A stretch of 64,000 nt of DNA. Origin: Azolla caroliniana (taxonomy: Eukaryota > Plantae > Polypodiophyta). The notes under the pieces are model-generated. The model saw nothing but the letters and a program-made list of their open reading frames with translations. It had not been told where the DNA came from and searched no databases. Shown here piece after piece: positions 40,431 through 54,986 of this stretch. Where the stretch lies: positions 7,192,001 through 7,256,000 of the forward strand of contig JBHGNT010000001.1 of the NCBI GenBank assembly GCA_043228905.1, given 5' to 3'. Each line of letters begins with the position of its first letter. Within the stretch, counting starts at the first letter, position 1. Position numbers and translations under genes: made by a program.

Positions 40431-42658
40431 AATAAGATATATCATACCTTATGTCCATTTACAAACACGATAATCATTTGGTCCAATTCAATGTCATATT
40501 CCTTTACAAACTCGATAATCATTTGTTCTAATTCATCATTGCATGGACCAAATAGAGTTTGTGAGAGTGAGCATCCTTATCAATAATGCATCGAATAATT
40601 ATGAAATTCTATCAACCATTACCACATGATATGTAGCCTTCCCATAGATTTTTAAAATGCAAGTGTATATTCACTTGGAAGTTGGTACCCGACTTATTCC
40701 ATGCGCCTTCAAATATGTTTATGTTGAACTATATCAAAAGTTTTATTCAAGTATATGGAGCAACAACATAAACCCTTACACACGTATGCGTGCATGCATA
40801 TAGACAATATATAAAGAACATTACAACGAGAATGCTGGTGTTCGAACTTTATAAAGTATATTACAACATGCCCTTATAGGATCTTTTACATAGTCATTCA
40901 TATTGTCACTTACCCTACTAATCACCAAACGTTAAACATTTACAAGTTTAGATTGTCCTTTTATATTTAAGGTTGGAGCGTTCACACTAGTCCAACAAAA
41001 TCATTTAATGTCTCTTTATGCAACAATAATGACTTTTCTCATTTGAGGTGACATATGCATTCTTTATTCTTATTCATGAGTTAAGATAATTTAAAGAAAG
41101 TTACATAAAAGTAGACCTTTCTTATTCATATATTAACAAATGAACATCAAGCATTGAATTTAATAGAAAGAGTCATCCAAATTTGGCAAGTGAAAATGGA
41201 TATCGTTATAACTTATAGTTATGATACTTCCAATGAAGAACAAGATCAAACTTTGACTAGCAATGTATGGTAGCTTCACAATCTCTTCCTATTAAATTTT
41301 TTCTCGATATTACTTTTAAAAGAAAGGTTAAAAGAATACGTCGAAACATGTAAAAGTTTCAAATGTTTAATAGAAAAAAGTCATGCATATCTACTAAAGG
41401 TGACCATTACTACTACTACACTCTCCAAAAGGACAAGAAGAAACTTTGACTCAAAAACATAGTTAATGTTAGTGTTGTTCATGTAGGCATAGGTTACTTG
41501 ATGTTGATTACGTGTAAGACACTTTTAACCTTTTTACTATGTATGTGATTCTCATTGGTTATTAATGCAAGGCAGTACAATAGTATCAGTTTTCACTCTT
41601 CGTATACTTGGACCATGTGTGCCTTGATGTGTGTATGTTTTATGTTCAATTAGGTTTGAACTTTCTAAAATTCCCATTGGTTACTATATGTAGCTCTTAT
41701 TTCTCATTGGTTAGTATTATATGGCATTTTTGTGGACCATGTGTCACTTATTAGGTTTAAACGTTCTGAATTCTCATTGGTTACTATAGTTCTTATTCTC
41801 GTTAGCTAGTAATAAAGGGATATGTCGTGCTTGTATTCAATGTTGTAATGTGAAACTTTGATGTTGTAAAAGTCTTTGAATTTTTGTGCTACAACTAGTT
41901 TGTCACTGTACATCATGTCAAAATAAAAGACAATCTCAAAATAGAAGACAATGAGAGAGGTTATCTTTTTAATAACATGGCATCAAACTCATTGCTCAAG
42001 GATCGAACCTTAGAGCATGTTGCATTATGTTTATATATTTGAAGTTTAGAATTGTATATCAATAAATAACCATTTGTGAAAAGTCTCTTAAATATGTATG
42101 ATGTATTGAAGATAATGCTTTAACGTATAATAGTTCTTATTTCACACATATGGAGATTCGTATACTTTTATCCGACATTACTTTTGAGAGCTATATGGTG
42201 TGAAATAATCAAACAACTATGCATGTACTACATTATGTCTTTAGATGTTTTTTTTAAAATCTTATCTTCTCATTTCTCATCAAGGATTTGTTGTACATCT
42301 TGATTTCTCACTAGTTTTTCACACACTTCCATCAAACATATTGTGTGGGGGAGTTGCAAAGCCAAAACAATTAAATTGTCATTGGTCGTCTATTACGTGT
42401 CTTTGTTTCTTGTTTATGCTTTGCATACTTACATACATAAACACATTTTGGATGCTTTGTTTGTGAATAACATAAATTATCATACTATCGATCATATCTA
42501 ATCATATTACAGATAGAATTGATATGGGGAAAATGAATAAGGGATAAAGGAGAAGAATGTGTTAACAACGCTTAACCACACCGGCCACCCATGAGAGAAG
42601 GACATGAGACAAACATAAAATACTATCAGTGTTCCATAACATTGAATATTACCTTATG

Positions 42659-43040
42659 TTATACATTGGTTGCTCTGCTTAGCTCCACCATGGATTCAGG
42701 ATCTGGTTCATAATCGTCCTCTTTCAGTGCACTCGTTGGGCCGTACTCACTAGCGGTCTCGAGAACGTTTATTTTGAACAACTGTATTATCCACGGATTT
42801 TCGGCAAGGTACGCTTTGAGCTCTATATCCTCCAACCCTTCCAACATGTTAATTTCTTCTATGTAAAGTGGCATTATGGCTTTCGTAGGTGCGGATGTCT
42901 CCTACGTAGGTACGTGGACCTTGCTTTGCCCTTGTCGGAAACTTATGCAATTGTGCTGCCAATTTTGCTTGATATTAGCAAACCGTGGCCATGGTCTGCC
43001 CAACAAGATCGGATAATAACGCATCGGAAGCTTAGCCTCA
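42659..43040 (-). mobile_element. Gypsy-type protease-region fragment
   Basis: YPILLGRPW..ANIKQNW retropepsin C-terminal motif; locally higher GC. Confidence 0.55.
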
Positions 43041-46000
43041 CCAAAAGAGTTTTGACAACATTTCAAAACGTTGTAATAAACGAGATAGATAATCCCCTTT
43101 ATATAGCCCAACTCCTAAGGCACCTAGACAACCACATGCTCCCATGTATTGTAGGTTCTTATGGGTTTGTCCCAATTCCTAATATAATTGGTTTCCCAAA
43201 ATCTTATCATTGACCCATTAAAATTAGTTATAAAATTGGTACATAAGGGCATGCCTACAACAAAGCTTACAAATATGCAAGAAGAAATAAGCATAACAAT
43301 TTGAAAATTCAACATTTCATCCAAAACACGATTAAACAACCATTAGTTTTTCAAGTTTCAATGATAACAAAGAATCAAAATTTCACTCTTTGTTGTTATG
43401 ATTACTGAGCTTGAGGTATATGCTTTAGTATATTCTTGTGTGTCTACAATGTAGGCAATCATTTCTCAACAATGAAGCCTAAGATTTTTACAACTATTTT
43501 TACTTTTTCTGATGGCGTTTCTCTTTTCAATAAGAATTTAATTCTTTATTACTCCAAGCATTTCGTATGGAGTGGCTAGAGTTAGTTTGCTTTTCCGGTA
43601 TTATATTTCATATCATAAAGAACTCAAGTCTATTTTCTAGAATATTTTCATCAAGAGTTGGTTTAACCTTCAACTATAATCCATTATTCACTACTTTCCA
43701 TTTAAAGGGGTTTGAGAGATTGAAAATGGTGCAATTTCTAATGGTTTTATGGATATCTTAAGAATTGAGGCAACTGACATAAGGTCATGACACATGACAA
43801 GTACATGTAGTGCAAGAGTAAAACAAGGAGTAGGTAACCACATTAGAGGAAGAGGAATACCTCCATCAAAACATTGTTGAGAGAACTTGAGACACAGGTA
43901 GTGTGACGAGGCTCTTCTTGCTAACAATAATGCTTTGTGCATTTGCATCCAAGCAAAGATCTTATGCAATATTCGGTGAAAATGGGAAGTTTATTGCATT
44001 TAAGATCTGTCTCAATTTGTTTGTTCAAGATAGTGAAGAGGAAAAGTGCCCTTAATTTATGTTTTTCCTTAACCATCTATTATCTGCTTGATCATTACTT
44101 CTCTTTTTGGCAAAGGGAGTAAGAAAAATCAAGCCAATTCATCCATATAAACAATGTATTCTCTCTTTATTTAGTCTTTTCATCTATGTAATTGAAACTT
44201 GTTCATGCAATCGTAGTTATAAAATATTTAAGAGAATGAACTATCAATGCTCTAGTAAAAAATTTTAGTAGTGATAACCACCGCAAGGAAAGAAGAAATG
44301 TGAATGCAAAACCAAAACTTCTCCATTAGAAACTTGCATGGAACCATCATCTCTCATTGGTTTTAGTGATACATGTGGGGACCCATGGGTGATTGGCATG
44401 GCACTCAATAGTATCTCATTTTCGATAGAAAAAATCAATCCTTAGAAAAAAAACTCTTCCAAAACTCAATGTTCTAGTCAAGATCATCTTCCAGTTGTTA
44501 CCAAGCCCATTAGAAATATCGGATAAGTGTTCCAACCTTCCTTTCGTATGAAGAAAATTAAAACACTTTTACATGTGGTTTTCTTTTAATTAGGATGACA
44601 TAGCAATGACGAGATGGTGTTGTGTGCATGAGTCTATCTCTTGTCTCTTTCTAAAGTGTTTAGAAATAAATGATAGTACACAATGCACATTTTGGAAACA
44701 TTGAACAAATGTAATCACATATTTGGATTTGTTCCTCCAAAGTTGTATATGTTGATCCCATTGTGGATTCGAGTAAACTCTGTCGTATTCTATTTGCTAA
44801 CTAATGCGAAGTAGTGTTTTTTTGGAAAAAAAAAATGTAATCACACATTCTTCCTTTTTTTGTAGATAACTGTTTGGCCCATCTTTAACCTTGAAGTAAC
44901 CTCTTTAGCAAATCTTAGACAACTTTATCTCTCAATATTCTCTACCTTGCTATTTATTTATTTGCTCTAACCCTTTGTTCCTTCAAAGGTTCCCATTTTC
45001 ATCTCCCTTAATCCCGTTGTCATATCTCTAACACCTCGCCGCTTTGTAAAACTTGTTTTCATCTCTCATTACTGCTAGCCCCACCATTGAAATAATGTGG
45101 GCACAAATGTATCACACTCAGTTGAACCCCATAAACAATTCTCATAAAAAAAGTAATCTAACAATGTATCCAATTGTTATATCATCCCATGTGTATACAT
45201 ATGTATATCCGTACATTCTTGATTTTTAAATATGGGAACTACTCTTTACATGCTTTATGTGGATGTGGAATTGACAATTGAATAGTTTGTTTTCTTCACT
45301 AAGTAATTGAGCTTTTCCTAGTTATCTTTTGCATTTATCCTCTTTTGTTGAAAAGGAAAAAATGCATTCCATTTCCAAAAATAAAACAATTAACTAATGT
45401 TTTCCAATTACTCCAACATAAGGATAAAGGTTTCCATCTTTATAAAATTAAGAGCACATCCCAATAGATTGAAACTAACATCATCCAATAGATCATGGGG
45501 TACATACAAGGAGCACAAATAATGGGGGATTTTATCTCTTGACAAAGGTATACGTGATCCCATGTAATAATAGATGTAAGGCAAGGCCAATTTCTAACTT
45601 CTGAACCAAAACCCATGGTGATTTGGCAAAAAATCAATGGTTTATGAAATTGTAGGAATTAGTTGAACAATCGTGAGAATTTTCGGTTAGGTATTTGTAC
45701 ATGTGAATTAATGAGTTTGTTTTTACATTTTAGATTTGAATCTCCCAACTACATGTTCTAAAGTGGACCAAATGTTTTTTGGGACGGATTGTAAGGCTGA
45801 CAACTTATTATTTGTCTTCATTTCACAGGAATTGTTAAGTATGTTATGTACATAAGAAAGTCCAATAAAAAACAAAGAGGTTATTTAGCTAGCCAATTTG
45901 GCATCCGCATTGTGTGGATCACAAGGTTTATTGTTTCTTAGTTTTTAGGTTTGAATCAGCATTTCGGAAGAAACAAAACAGACTATTTGTGGGATCAATA

Positions 46001-47621
46001 TAGTATTCATATCATACCAAGACCCATCACGGTTTACAAATAGTGACCATTTAATGGTGACTCTATCAACGTGTAGGCTTTAAATTGGGCCCTTGTCTCT
46101 TCTCTATGTATACTTACGAGTGGTGACGGTGGCGCAATAATAATGACGTGAACAGTGATGGAAATAACTCTGTCCCACATTTCAGGTTGTGATTTTATGA
46201 AGATTGCAAACGTGTCATTAAATTGTTTTTCTTCACCTTTAACCTTTTCTCTGTTTTTTCTTTCAATGCCTTCTTGCGTTCAATCCAATTTGACCTTATA
46301 AGTGTTTTCGCGTAAACTATGCATTGTATGGAAGTTCCAAGGTGCATGTTACCTTTTTAATAAAATAAAGTGTTCCCCCTAGAAAACACTTTGGTAGCTA
46401 TTCTAACTCAACTAGTTATTTGCTTGAGTGATCTATTATCTTTGCAATGCATATTGTGCATGATTGAATTTCAAATTTCCCATCCTAACATTCAAATATA
46501 TCGAGACTAACACTAGTGTTTGGCGGCATTCTTGCAAATTTGCACATGTTATCTGCCCGTAGGCTTACAACGTAATGTATGTACACCTAAACGCAGTGTT
46601 TCAACATGTTATTAATTTATTCACATGAATTTGCAAAATATAATATAAAGGTGAAGGATTCACTTATGTAGCATGCCACTCTAGGAACCCTAAATCTAGT
46701 TCAACCCTAATTTGTCATTGTGATTCCATTCTTTAAGGCATCTTAAGCCAATGCATGTGTGCATGAACACATAAGACATGACATATGAGATAAATGAATT
46801 TGGAAATATCGAAATTAAAGAAAATCATCATTATTTGGACGGTACTATTGTACTAGTATGTTTGTTAGCTAATGGTGTAGGTCCAAAAATTGTTACATGG
46901 TTAGAAGTTTACACATCATAATTCATTATTGTCCAACAGAGGTTTGGTATTGACTACTCTTAGTTGACATTGCACGCGCGTGAATCCAACCTTTCATTAC
47001 ATGAGCTATAGACTCCCACCTTATTTATGTACCATGTAGCTCACTTTTACAACGGAAACATGAAAGCGGTTGAGTACAGTTTCAAATGTTAACTGATTTG
47101 CTTCATAACTTCCATTGTTTACTATTGATATTTACAATGGACATGCCCAAATTACATTCTAGAAACTTCTAATATATTGATTGTATTTTATATGTGTTTT
47201 GTGTTGATTGTCTATGGCAAGATTAGATGCATTGAGCACCCAAATTTATTCATCACATCTTGTAAAAGGCAATATTCCTATGCAATTGCAAACCTCAAAA
47301 TGTTTTGTATAAAAAAAGATATGGTAAGCATAGAAAGTGACACATTAACTATAACTAGTCATTCTTTTGATATTCACTTGTTTATTTACTTTTGCATGTT
47401 TTATTGAATTTGGTGTGAACTCTCGATGAGTGTTTCATCAACTTTTACAACTTTGTGTAACAATTCTTTCCTTAACTTGCTCGGGTCCTTGTATGTGCTA
47501 TACATATAGCTTTAGCACTAAAAGATTTGTTTTTTCGGTAATTTTATGCAATTTTAACATATTGGTGATAGGATTGAGTAAATCTACCTTATTGCCATTC
47601 ATTTTTTGCGTTATGTAGGTG

Positions 47622-48503
47622 CATAGATTGACCCATGCGTGATATTCTTGGTATTCGCCATACGTAATATTCGCCATATTCGAGAATACAAAATGACCCC
47701 AAGAATATTATAGAACCATTCGTTTTTAATTTACATAATAAAAAATAATTAATTCACTAAATTATTAACCAAGTCACTAATAATGAATTAATTTACTAAA
47801 AATATTAATTAATTTATTAATAATTAATTAATTAGGGTTCCTAATTTCAACCAAAATTAGGGTTTTAAAAATTAAAATATTAATTAATTCATGATTAATT
47901 AATTAATTAGGGTTCTTAATTTCAACCAAACTTAGAGCTTTAAGAATTAAAATATTAATTAATTCACTAATAACAAGTTAATTTACTAAAACATTAATTA
48001 ATTCACGAATGATCAATTAATTAGGGTTCCTAGTTTTACACAAAATTAGGGTTTTAAGAATTAAAATATTAATTAATTCATTAATAATGAATTAATTTAC
48101 TAAAACATTAATTAATTCATGGCTTCTTCAACACCACCCTAGGTTTGGAGGCCGAGAATAATATGTAAGTGACACTCAAAGGATGAGGGGGAAGCGAGGA
48201 TGCAAGTTGAAAAGAAGAAATATGGTCGAAATTAGGGTTTCGATTGAAATTAGGGTTTTCAGCCGAAACCCTAATTTGCAGGTCGATAACAAGATGTAAG
48301 GGGAGGCAAGGGTGTAAGAATCAAGTACAAGATGCAAGGTATGGCCTCTTTGCTCAATGTTCTGTGTTGCTCGCTCACAAGCTAGCGTTAAAAAAAACAA
48401 TTTAAAAATAAATAAAAAAGAGAGAGGAAAAAACGAATATTATTACTTGTATTCATATGCATTCGTGGGGGAGGCCCCACGAATGTGAATATGTCAATCT
48501 ATG
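47622..48503. mobile_element. hAT-type MITE, copy 1
   Basis: TIR CATAGATTGAC/GTCAATCTATG, perfect 8-bp TSD TGTAGGTG, internal ATTAATTAATT and TTAGGGTT repeats. Confidence 0.9.
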
Positions 48504-48544
48504 TGTAGGTGTATATTTGTCACACTAAGTTGGTGCTATGTATG

Positions 48545-49155
48545 CACGAGAGGCAAAATCGTCAAGATCCGTTTCGAAAGAGGCTTGCAACCCGCATCCC
48601 CTAGGTTTCCAGAAATTTGGATGCTGATCGCAGGTTTCACCTTGTGGTATATATGGAAAGCGCGTTGCCTCAAGGTTTTCCAAGGTACGGTACAGCCCCC
48701 GGAGGACGTGATCATGGACATATGGTTCGCGATTATCAGCTACCTACGAGGGCAACTGGAAGAGATTTGCAGCCACTCCAACGACGTGGTCTCTACCCGT
48801 TTGCGCTTTTGGCAGAAATGGCGGAACACACCTATGGTGATGCAAGGCGGGAGTGGCCCGAGGTGGAATTACCAGCCCCCACACTGGTTGTTTCCTACTC
48901 ACATGTCACCCTCTCTTCATTGTAGGCCCCAAGAGCCGACTCATACTAGGCAACATTGAAGGGCATCGCCTTAGATATAGGTAGCTTCTTACATTAAGTT
49001 AGGCCGCAAGGCATTGTAAGTAGGCTCATCTTCCTTTACTTGATCGGAGGAAGACTCCCCGATGTGTGTATAAGTCTCCTTGTAGACTCTCTATGTAATA
49101 ATCCTTCCTAACTAATGGGAAAGTAGCTTCATTTTGGAAAAAGAAAAAGAAAAAC
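48545..49155 (+). mobile_element. 5'-truncated LINE 3' end
   Basis: EIW..LWYIWKARC..VF ORF2 C-terminal motif, 3' UTR and A-rich tail. Homologous to 51720-52056. Confidence 0.75.
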
Positions 49156-49473
49156 ATGTTTAGAATTAATCATTCACTAAAAAAAACTCGTTCTAATGGG
49201 ACGCCTTTTAAGTATTAATGGTAAAAATCCCTTTATCTTATTAGTGAGTCGTGACCTTGTAATATATTAGCTGTAAATTGTAATATTGCGTTTACAAAAG
49301 TTATGATCATTAAGTTATTGTCACATAAGTTTATATGTTATTGTCATTAAGAAACTTATGGAATACGCTTGTATGTATCATAAATGGAAATAGCTTGGTT
49401 GTTTATGCTCAAAATTTACCTACAAATATTTCCTAGCATTAAAGTTAGTTTCCTAACCACATACATATATAAG

Positions 49474-50496
49474 TTTTTTTTTTTCCAAAAAAACACTACT
49501 TCACATTAGTTAGCAAACAAAGTACATCAAAGACCAACCAATTTCAGCAAACCTCACTCTGGCCTTCTCGCCAAAGTGGTCATAGCCCCCACCTCATTTA
49601 CAACAAAAGTATCCCAACACCTCCTATAACCTAGTAATTAACTTATACCACATCTATACATATTTACAACTCCTGGTCACTAATGGGAGCCATTGGCGGA
49701 AACAACCATCTGGGTGCTTGGTAGTTCCATTTAGGCCCTGATGATGATCTGACCACCATAGGAGACTACCCCATTTCAGCAGAAACTTTGATCGAGATCT
49801 TTTTGCTGCATCTAATTCCCCCTTAATCGAATCGTACCGTCCCCGTAGCCAAGATACCAGGTCGAACCAGATATTTAACAACACCTCACTGCTAGGGAGC
49901 TTTTGATGTTGAAATACAAACTTACAATGCTTGCTCCAAATGTGCCAAACCGATAAACAAGCCACCATCATCCATATCTCCTCAAAAAATTCAAAGTTAG
50001 TGCCAAGTCGAACTCCAGCACATTGAAACACCATGCCACCCTGCACAATAAATCCATGACCGTGGGGGTTTAACTGTTTCGCCCAACCTTCCCCTGTTAA
50101 CTTCAGCCCTTGTAAGGACCCCCATACAACTCTCCCATTCACACCGCATGTTGCCACTATCCTGAGACTTCTACCCCAAATGTTAATCGCCTCTTCGCAA
50201 TTCCAAAAATAGTGAGGGATTGATTCCAAAGAGTGTCCACATATCTTGCAACTAGCCTCACCACCATGACATCTCAACCACTCCCCCACCGATGCCGATG
50301 TATGACTAAGAAGCCACAACCAAAGCTTTATTTTTTCTGGCATATCAAACGCCCATAGTCTCCCCCAAAATGACTTCAACAAGTCATTAGATATGCCTTT
50401 ATCCCTCCAACTATTGCGAGTTAGGGCAACGCCCATTGATTTGGAACCAATGATTTGCCATGCTAGCTTAGTACTATCGTCCCAGCTTAGTACTGT
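49474..50496 (-). mobile_element. 5'-truncated LINE insertion with zf-RVT domain
   Basis: FWGRLW..PEKIKLWLW..CKICG..ESIPHYFWNC. Poly(T) at the left end. TSD ACATACATATATAAG at 49459-49473 and 50497-50511. Confidence 0.88.
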
Positions 50497-50560
50497 ACAT
50501 ACATATATAAGTTAGTCATACTTTTGAAAATTCTAGCATATATAAGCGTATTGTTATAAT

Positions 50561-51245
50561 CATGGATTGAACAATTTGTAATATTTGTAATATTGGAGAA
50601 TATAAAATGACCCCAAGAATATTACAAAATCATTCGTTTTAAAGTTACATAATAAAAAGAATTTATTCACTAATAATGAATTAATTTGCTAGAAATATTA
50701 ATTAATTCATTAATAATTAATTAATTAGGGTTCCTAATTTCAGCCAAATTTAGGGTTTCAAGAATTAAAATATTATTTACTTCACTAATAATGAATTGAT
50801 GTACTAAAACATTAATTAATTTGCGAATAATTAATTAATTAGGGTTCCTAAATTCAGCCAAATTTAGGGTTTCAGCTAAAACCCTGAGTTTGGAGGCAGA
50901 GAACAATATGTAGGTGTCACTCAGAGGATGAGAGGGAGGCAAGGATGCAAGCCCAGAAGAAGAAATATGGTCGAAATTAGGGTTTCCAACTGAAACCCTA
51001 ATTTGCAGGCCGAGAATAGGATGCAAGGGAATGCGAGGGTGTAAGCATCACGGACAAGATGCAAGGTGTGGTCTCTCTCGCTGACTGTTTGGTGTTGCTT
51101 GCTCATAGTAGCTAGCATTAAAAAAAAAAACATTTTTTTTCAAAAAAAAAGTTTAAAAAAAATCAAATACTATTACCTATATTCGTATTCGCATTTGTAT
51201 GAAATTGTGGGGGAGGCCCCACGAATGCGAATATGTCAATCTATG
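50561..51245. mobile_element. hAT-type MITE, copy 2 (same family as 47622-48503)
   Basis: TIR CATGGATTGA/TCAATCTATG, 8-bp TSD GTTATAAT, collinear with copy 1. Confidence 0.88.
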
Positions 51246-51719
51246 GTTATAATATCCCTCTTTCTAATATTTCATGAAATATTAAAACTTAATATCGAAT
51301 ACATCTTCAAAGTTGAGACCACACAATTTTTTGTTTTGCATTCATAATGTGAGTTTTGCAATAATCTTATTCACATTTATTGGCACAATAATAACTATTG
51401 AAGACGTGAAGTTATAATACATTTGCTAACCTTTTCATGTAATATAGCTTTTACAATCAACATTTCTACTTGATGATATGAAAAGGCATGCCATGTGAAG
51501 GCATTTTAGGTTCAAGCCAATGTTTGTAAAATCGTTAGATGAAATTAATGATGTCATAATAGGTCTACTATAAATACATATCTTGCTTAATAGTAGAAAA
51601 AATTATGTTTGTTGTCATATAAATACTTAGTAGAGAAAATGCCCTACCATTTTTTATTTTTTATTCCCAAATTTAAAAACACAAAATCCTAACTACAATT
51701 TTTGCAAGACAAGTTGAGC

Positions 51720-52056
51720 TTCGACGACGTGGTCACTACTCGCTTCCGCTTTTGGTAGAAATGGAGCAACACCCCAATGGTGACGCAAGGAGGAAACGGC
51801 CCGAGGTGGAACTACCAGCCCCCATGCTGGTTGTTTCCTATTCACCCACCACCCTCCCTCCATTGAAGGCCAGTACCACTAGGTTATAGCTCTAGATACC
51901 TACTTACATTAAGTAGAAAGTAAGAGAGGATATGTACGCAATCTGATATTCTTGAACTCGAGCGGGGGGGGGGGGGGGGATTCCCCAATTTCTTGTATAA
52001 TCTTTCTATAAAAATCTCCTAACTAATGGGAAAGTAGCTCTTTTGTATGAAAAAAG
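51720..52056 (+). mobile_element. Short LINE 3' fragment
   Basis: Matches 48780-49140 (ggcccgaggtggaa.taccagcccc; actaatgggaaagtagct plus A tail). Confidence 0.75.
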
Positions 52057-52333
52057 ACATAATTTGGGCAAAAACAATGGATCCTCGTGTAATTCAATGG
52101 TAGCTCCATGTAGCCTAGTAAAAGTCCATTTAATTGAATGAATGTTGCTACATTTTCTTGTGAAATAATATCCGATGTCAATGAAGAGGAAAATATGGAG
52201 GGATTTGTTACATATCTATGAGAAACTAACTAACTAAAACTCAAGATGCGCAAGAAGATCTCACCAATGAGCAATAAAATTTACTAAATGATATTTTGAT
52301 ATTTTAATGAGGATATATATGATGTTGCATGTG

Positions 52334-52849
52334 TGTTGTGTGTGGTGCACCAAAAAAGTCCCAATTGGCAAGTGACCCCAAAGTGAGTTGGGACAGACCC
52401 AAGGAGTCATAAGCAAAGTTGGGACAAGCTCACGCAGTCTACAACAAATTTGGGACAATCCTGATCAACACACAATCCCAATTTGAGTTGGGACTCATGA
52501 TAGGAGTTAGACCCAGTCCTAGTCCTAGTCCCAAAAGGGGCACCACCCTGGATTGGGACAATTAGTCCAACGGTTAGTCCCAATTGCTAGTCCAATGACC
52601 ATATCATGGCCTATATAAGGGGGAGCCTCTCCTCATTTTTTATGATTCCTAATCTCTGAGTTCTACTCCTTGTCTCATTGTAATCTTAAACACTTTCTAG
52701 CCCCTCATTATCTTTTGGTTTGTCTCGACATTGGGATTGTTGTAAACTTGTATCTCTTTCTTATAATATAAATAATCTTTCTGTCTCAATTCTCTTTGTC
52801 CCAACCATGTTTTCGTGCGTTTTGAGACCCCATAACTAGGAACATGACA
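52334..52849 (+). mobile_element. Old solo LTR
   Basis: Termini TGTTGTGT...ACATGACA, 4-bp TSD TGTG, internal CTATATAAGG, GTCCCAA/TTGGGAC repeats. Confidence 0.6.
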
Positions 52850-54898
52850 TGTGTACCTCTATTCCCATTGACAATAAAAGGAAACATGATATTATAAAAT
52901 TATTCAATCAAAAAGGACAAAACCAAATTCCCCAATAACCTTGAGATGAAAAGCAAAATTACTAGCTACAATCTCCACCACTCAACGAGCTAGAAAATGG
53001 ATAAAGAATGACATTTATTAATTATTAGTTCTCTCAAATGAATTGTTGTATGTAAATGCAAATTGTTGGGAGTGCATTTGAAGAAATAGCATGCATTAAG
53101 TGTCAACCACAAATTTAGTTAACTAATAGTTTAAGTCGGGTGAATGTGGACATTTGCTAGAGGGTGAATGTTGTTGAGTGAATTGCAATGGATGAGAAGA
53201 CGTAATTGAAGCATAAGGAAGGGTGGCAATTCCGACCAATAAGGAATAGGTGTAGGTGGAGTGAGAAAACGTGGAGGCAACTAAGGTCAACATTCACATG
53301 ATCAAGTCTGTAAAAGATTGCAACAATCTTAGACATATCAAGTGGATCTAAGGTGGGAGGAGGACGAGTGTAGCACACAAGCAAATTAGAATGAAAAAGG
53401 TAAATGATGAAGAAAGCGAGGTAATGAGCGAGGGAGGGCAAAGACAAAGAGAGACAGAGAGAGTTTGTGCGTATGCATTGACTTTTTTGGCCTACTCCTT
53501 ATACACGATATTCGTGACTCTTGATCACAAATTGGCAATTGCGGTAACATGAGGGTGAGGGGGATGTCAACCTTAATGATTATGAAAAGTAGACAATACA
53601 TTTAAAACGAAAAAGGTTTGAACGATGATTTATATGAACTTGAAGCATTCACGTATTAAACAACAATGCAAAAGCATTGTCTTTAATTTGTTCACTATAA
53701 AGTATATTTAGAAACCAACGACATTCATATGTTTGTCCTTGAGATCATTGTAGTAACAACTACATGAGACTTTGCATAAAGAATGGCTTCAAAATTTTGC
53801 TTTTCCAAACTAGGAATCGAAAATGATTAGATGCGTTGTAAAAGGCCAAGTTAGCGAATTATCTTATAGTATACTTCTAGAATGATGCTTGTATTATATC
53901 ACTATTCACACGTAAGTGGTGCATCCCCTATTTTAAACTCAACATAACTTCTAATGTAGTCTACATTTTAGTTCTTATTTTATTGGACTTGTGAGTTGCA
54001 ACTACTTTACACATAAAAAGTAGTGTGCTTTAGATCAATATCTCTCATAAAGTTCTTATTTAATTGGGATCAATGTTTGAAATATCCGAGTTGTCAAAAA
54101 TAGGTGAACCATAACTTATTGGTGAATCTTCTATTAGAAGGACCGTATAGCAAATGTGTTGCCAGGATTCAAGAAGTGTCTAGGTTTGAAAGGTAAAGAT
54201 TACTCAGGGTCTTGGAATGTGGAGATATTTTATCTTGTTCTTTTAAATCTAAGCTAAATTACTTGCACATGGAGAGCATTGAGTTAAGAGCAATTATGAA
54301 GGACCAACATGGTGAAATAATTCATCTAGGGGACATTATCTTCTAGTGGATCAATATTTGATTTCCATTCCCAAGGCAATAATGAGTCTTATTCTTGAAA
54401 GCAAGTAATATACACAAGGATGGCTTAATAACATGTTTACAAAGCTTTGAAATTGGGCTTACTTGCGGCAAATACAAATACAATGCACAAACTTATTGGT
54501 GGAATTGCTATGATATGCATCCTTGGTTTTTTATTTCATGTTATCCTTTGAACTCAAGTCTTTGTTTTTTATGGATCATGACGAGGCATTTGATTTTTGT
54601 AATGTTTTACTTACAATGTCAGAACTTGTTTTAAATCATAAGATAATAGTTTATCGTGGGAAAGGGTTAGAACTTACTTAGAACCATCATGATATTTTGA
54701 TACATTAGCGTGTTGTGTATCCCTACTCTATTTGAGGCATATTTTCGTATAACATGCAAAAATAATGCTTTAGTTTTATGTCTTGATTAATGTGTTTTGA
54801 GAGTACATCTTCATATCACATTAAATGCTTTTTCCATGCCCAAAAAGCATGCAATAAAGTCTCCTTCCTCTTTGCGAGTAGTGTTAGTGTATGGCCAT

Positions 54899-54986
54899 TA
54901 TCTCAAGTGGAGATCATTTGACAATGAGCAATGAGCACCATATTGACAATATGGTACTCATTGTCAAATGATCTCCACTTGAGATA
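54899..54986. repeat. Near-perfect palindrome with about 40-bp arms
   Basis: TATCTCAAGTGGAGATCATTTGACAATGAG..ACCATATTG-A-CAATATGGT..CTCATTGTCAAATGATCTCCACTTGAGATA. Confidence 0.9.

Noticed and set aside
40450-47600. AT-rich tract with short ORFs and repeated TTCTCATTGGTTA (about 41540-41790)
   Set aside because: No termini, TSD or protein motif that I can support, apart from the small protease fragment
47830-48270. TTAGGG motifs as an interstitial telomere
   Set aside because: Dispersed within a MITE rather than forming tandem TTTAGGG arrays
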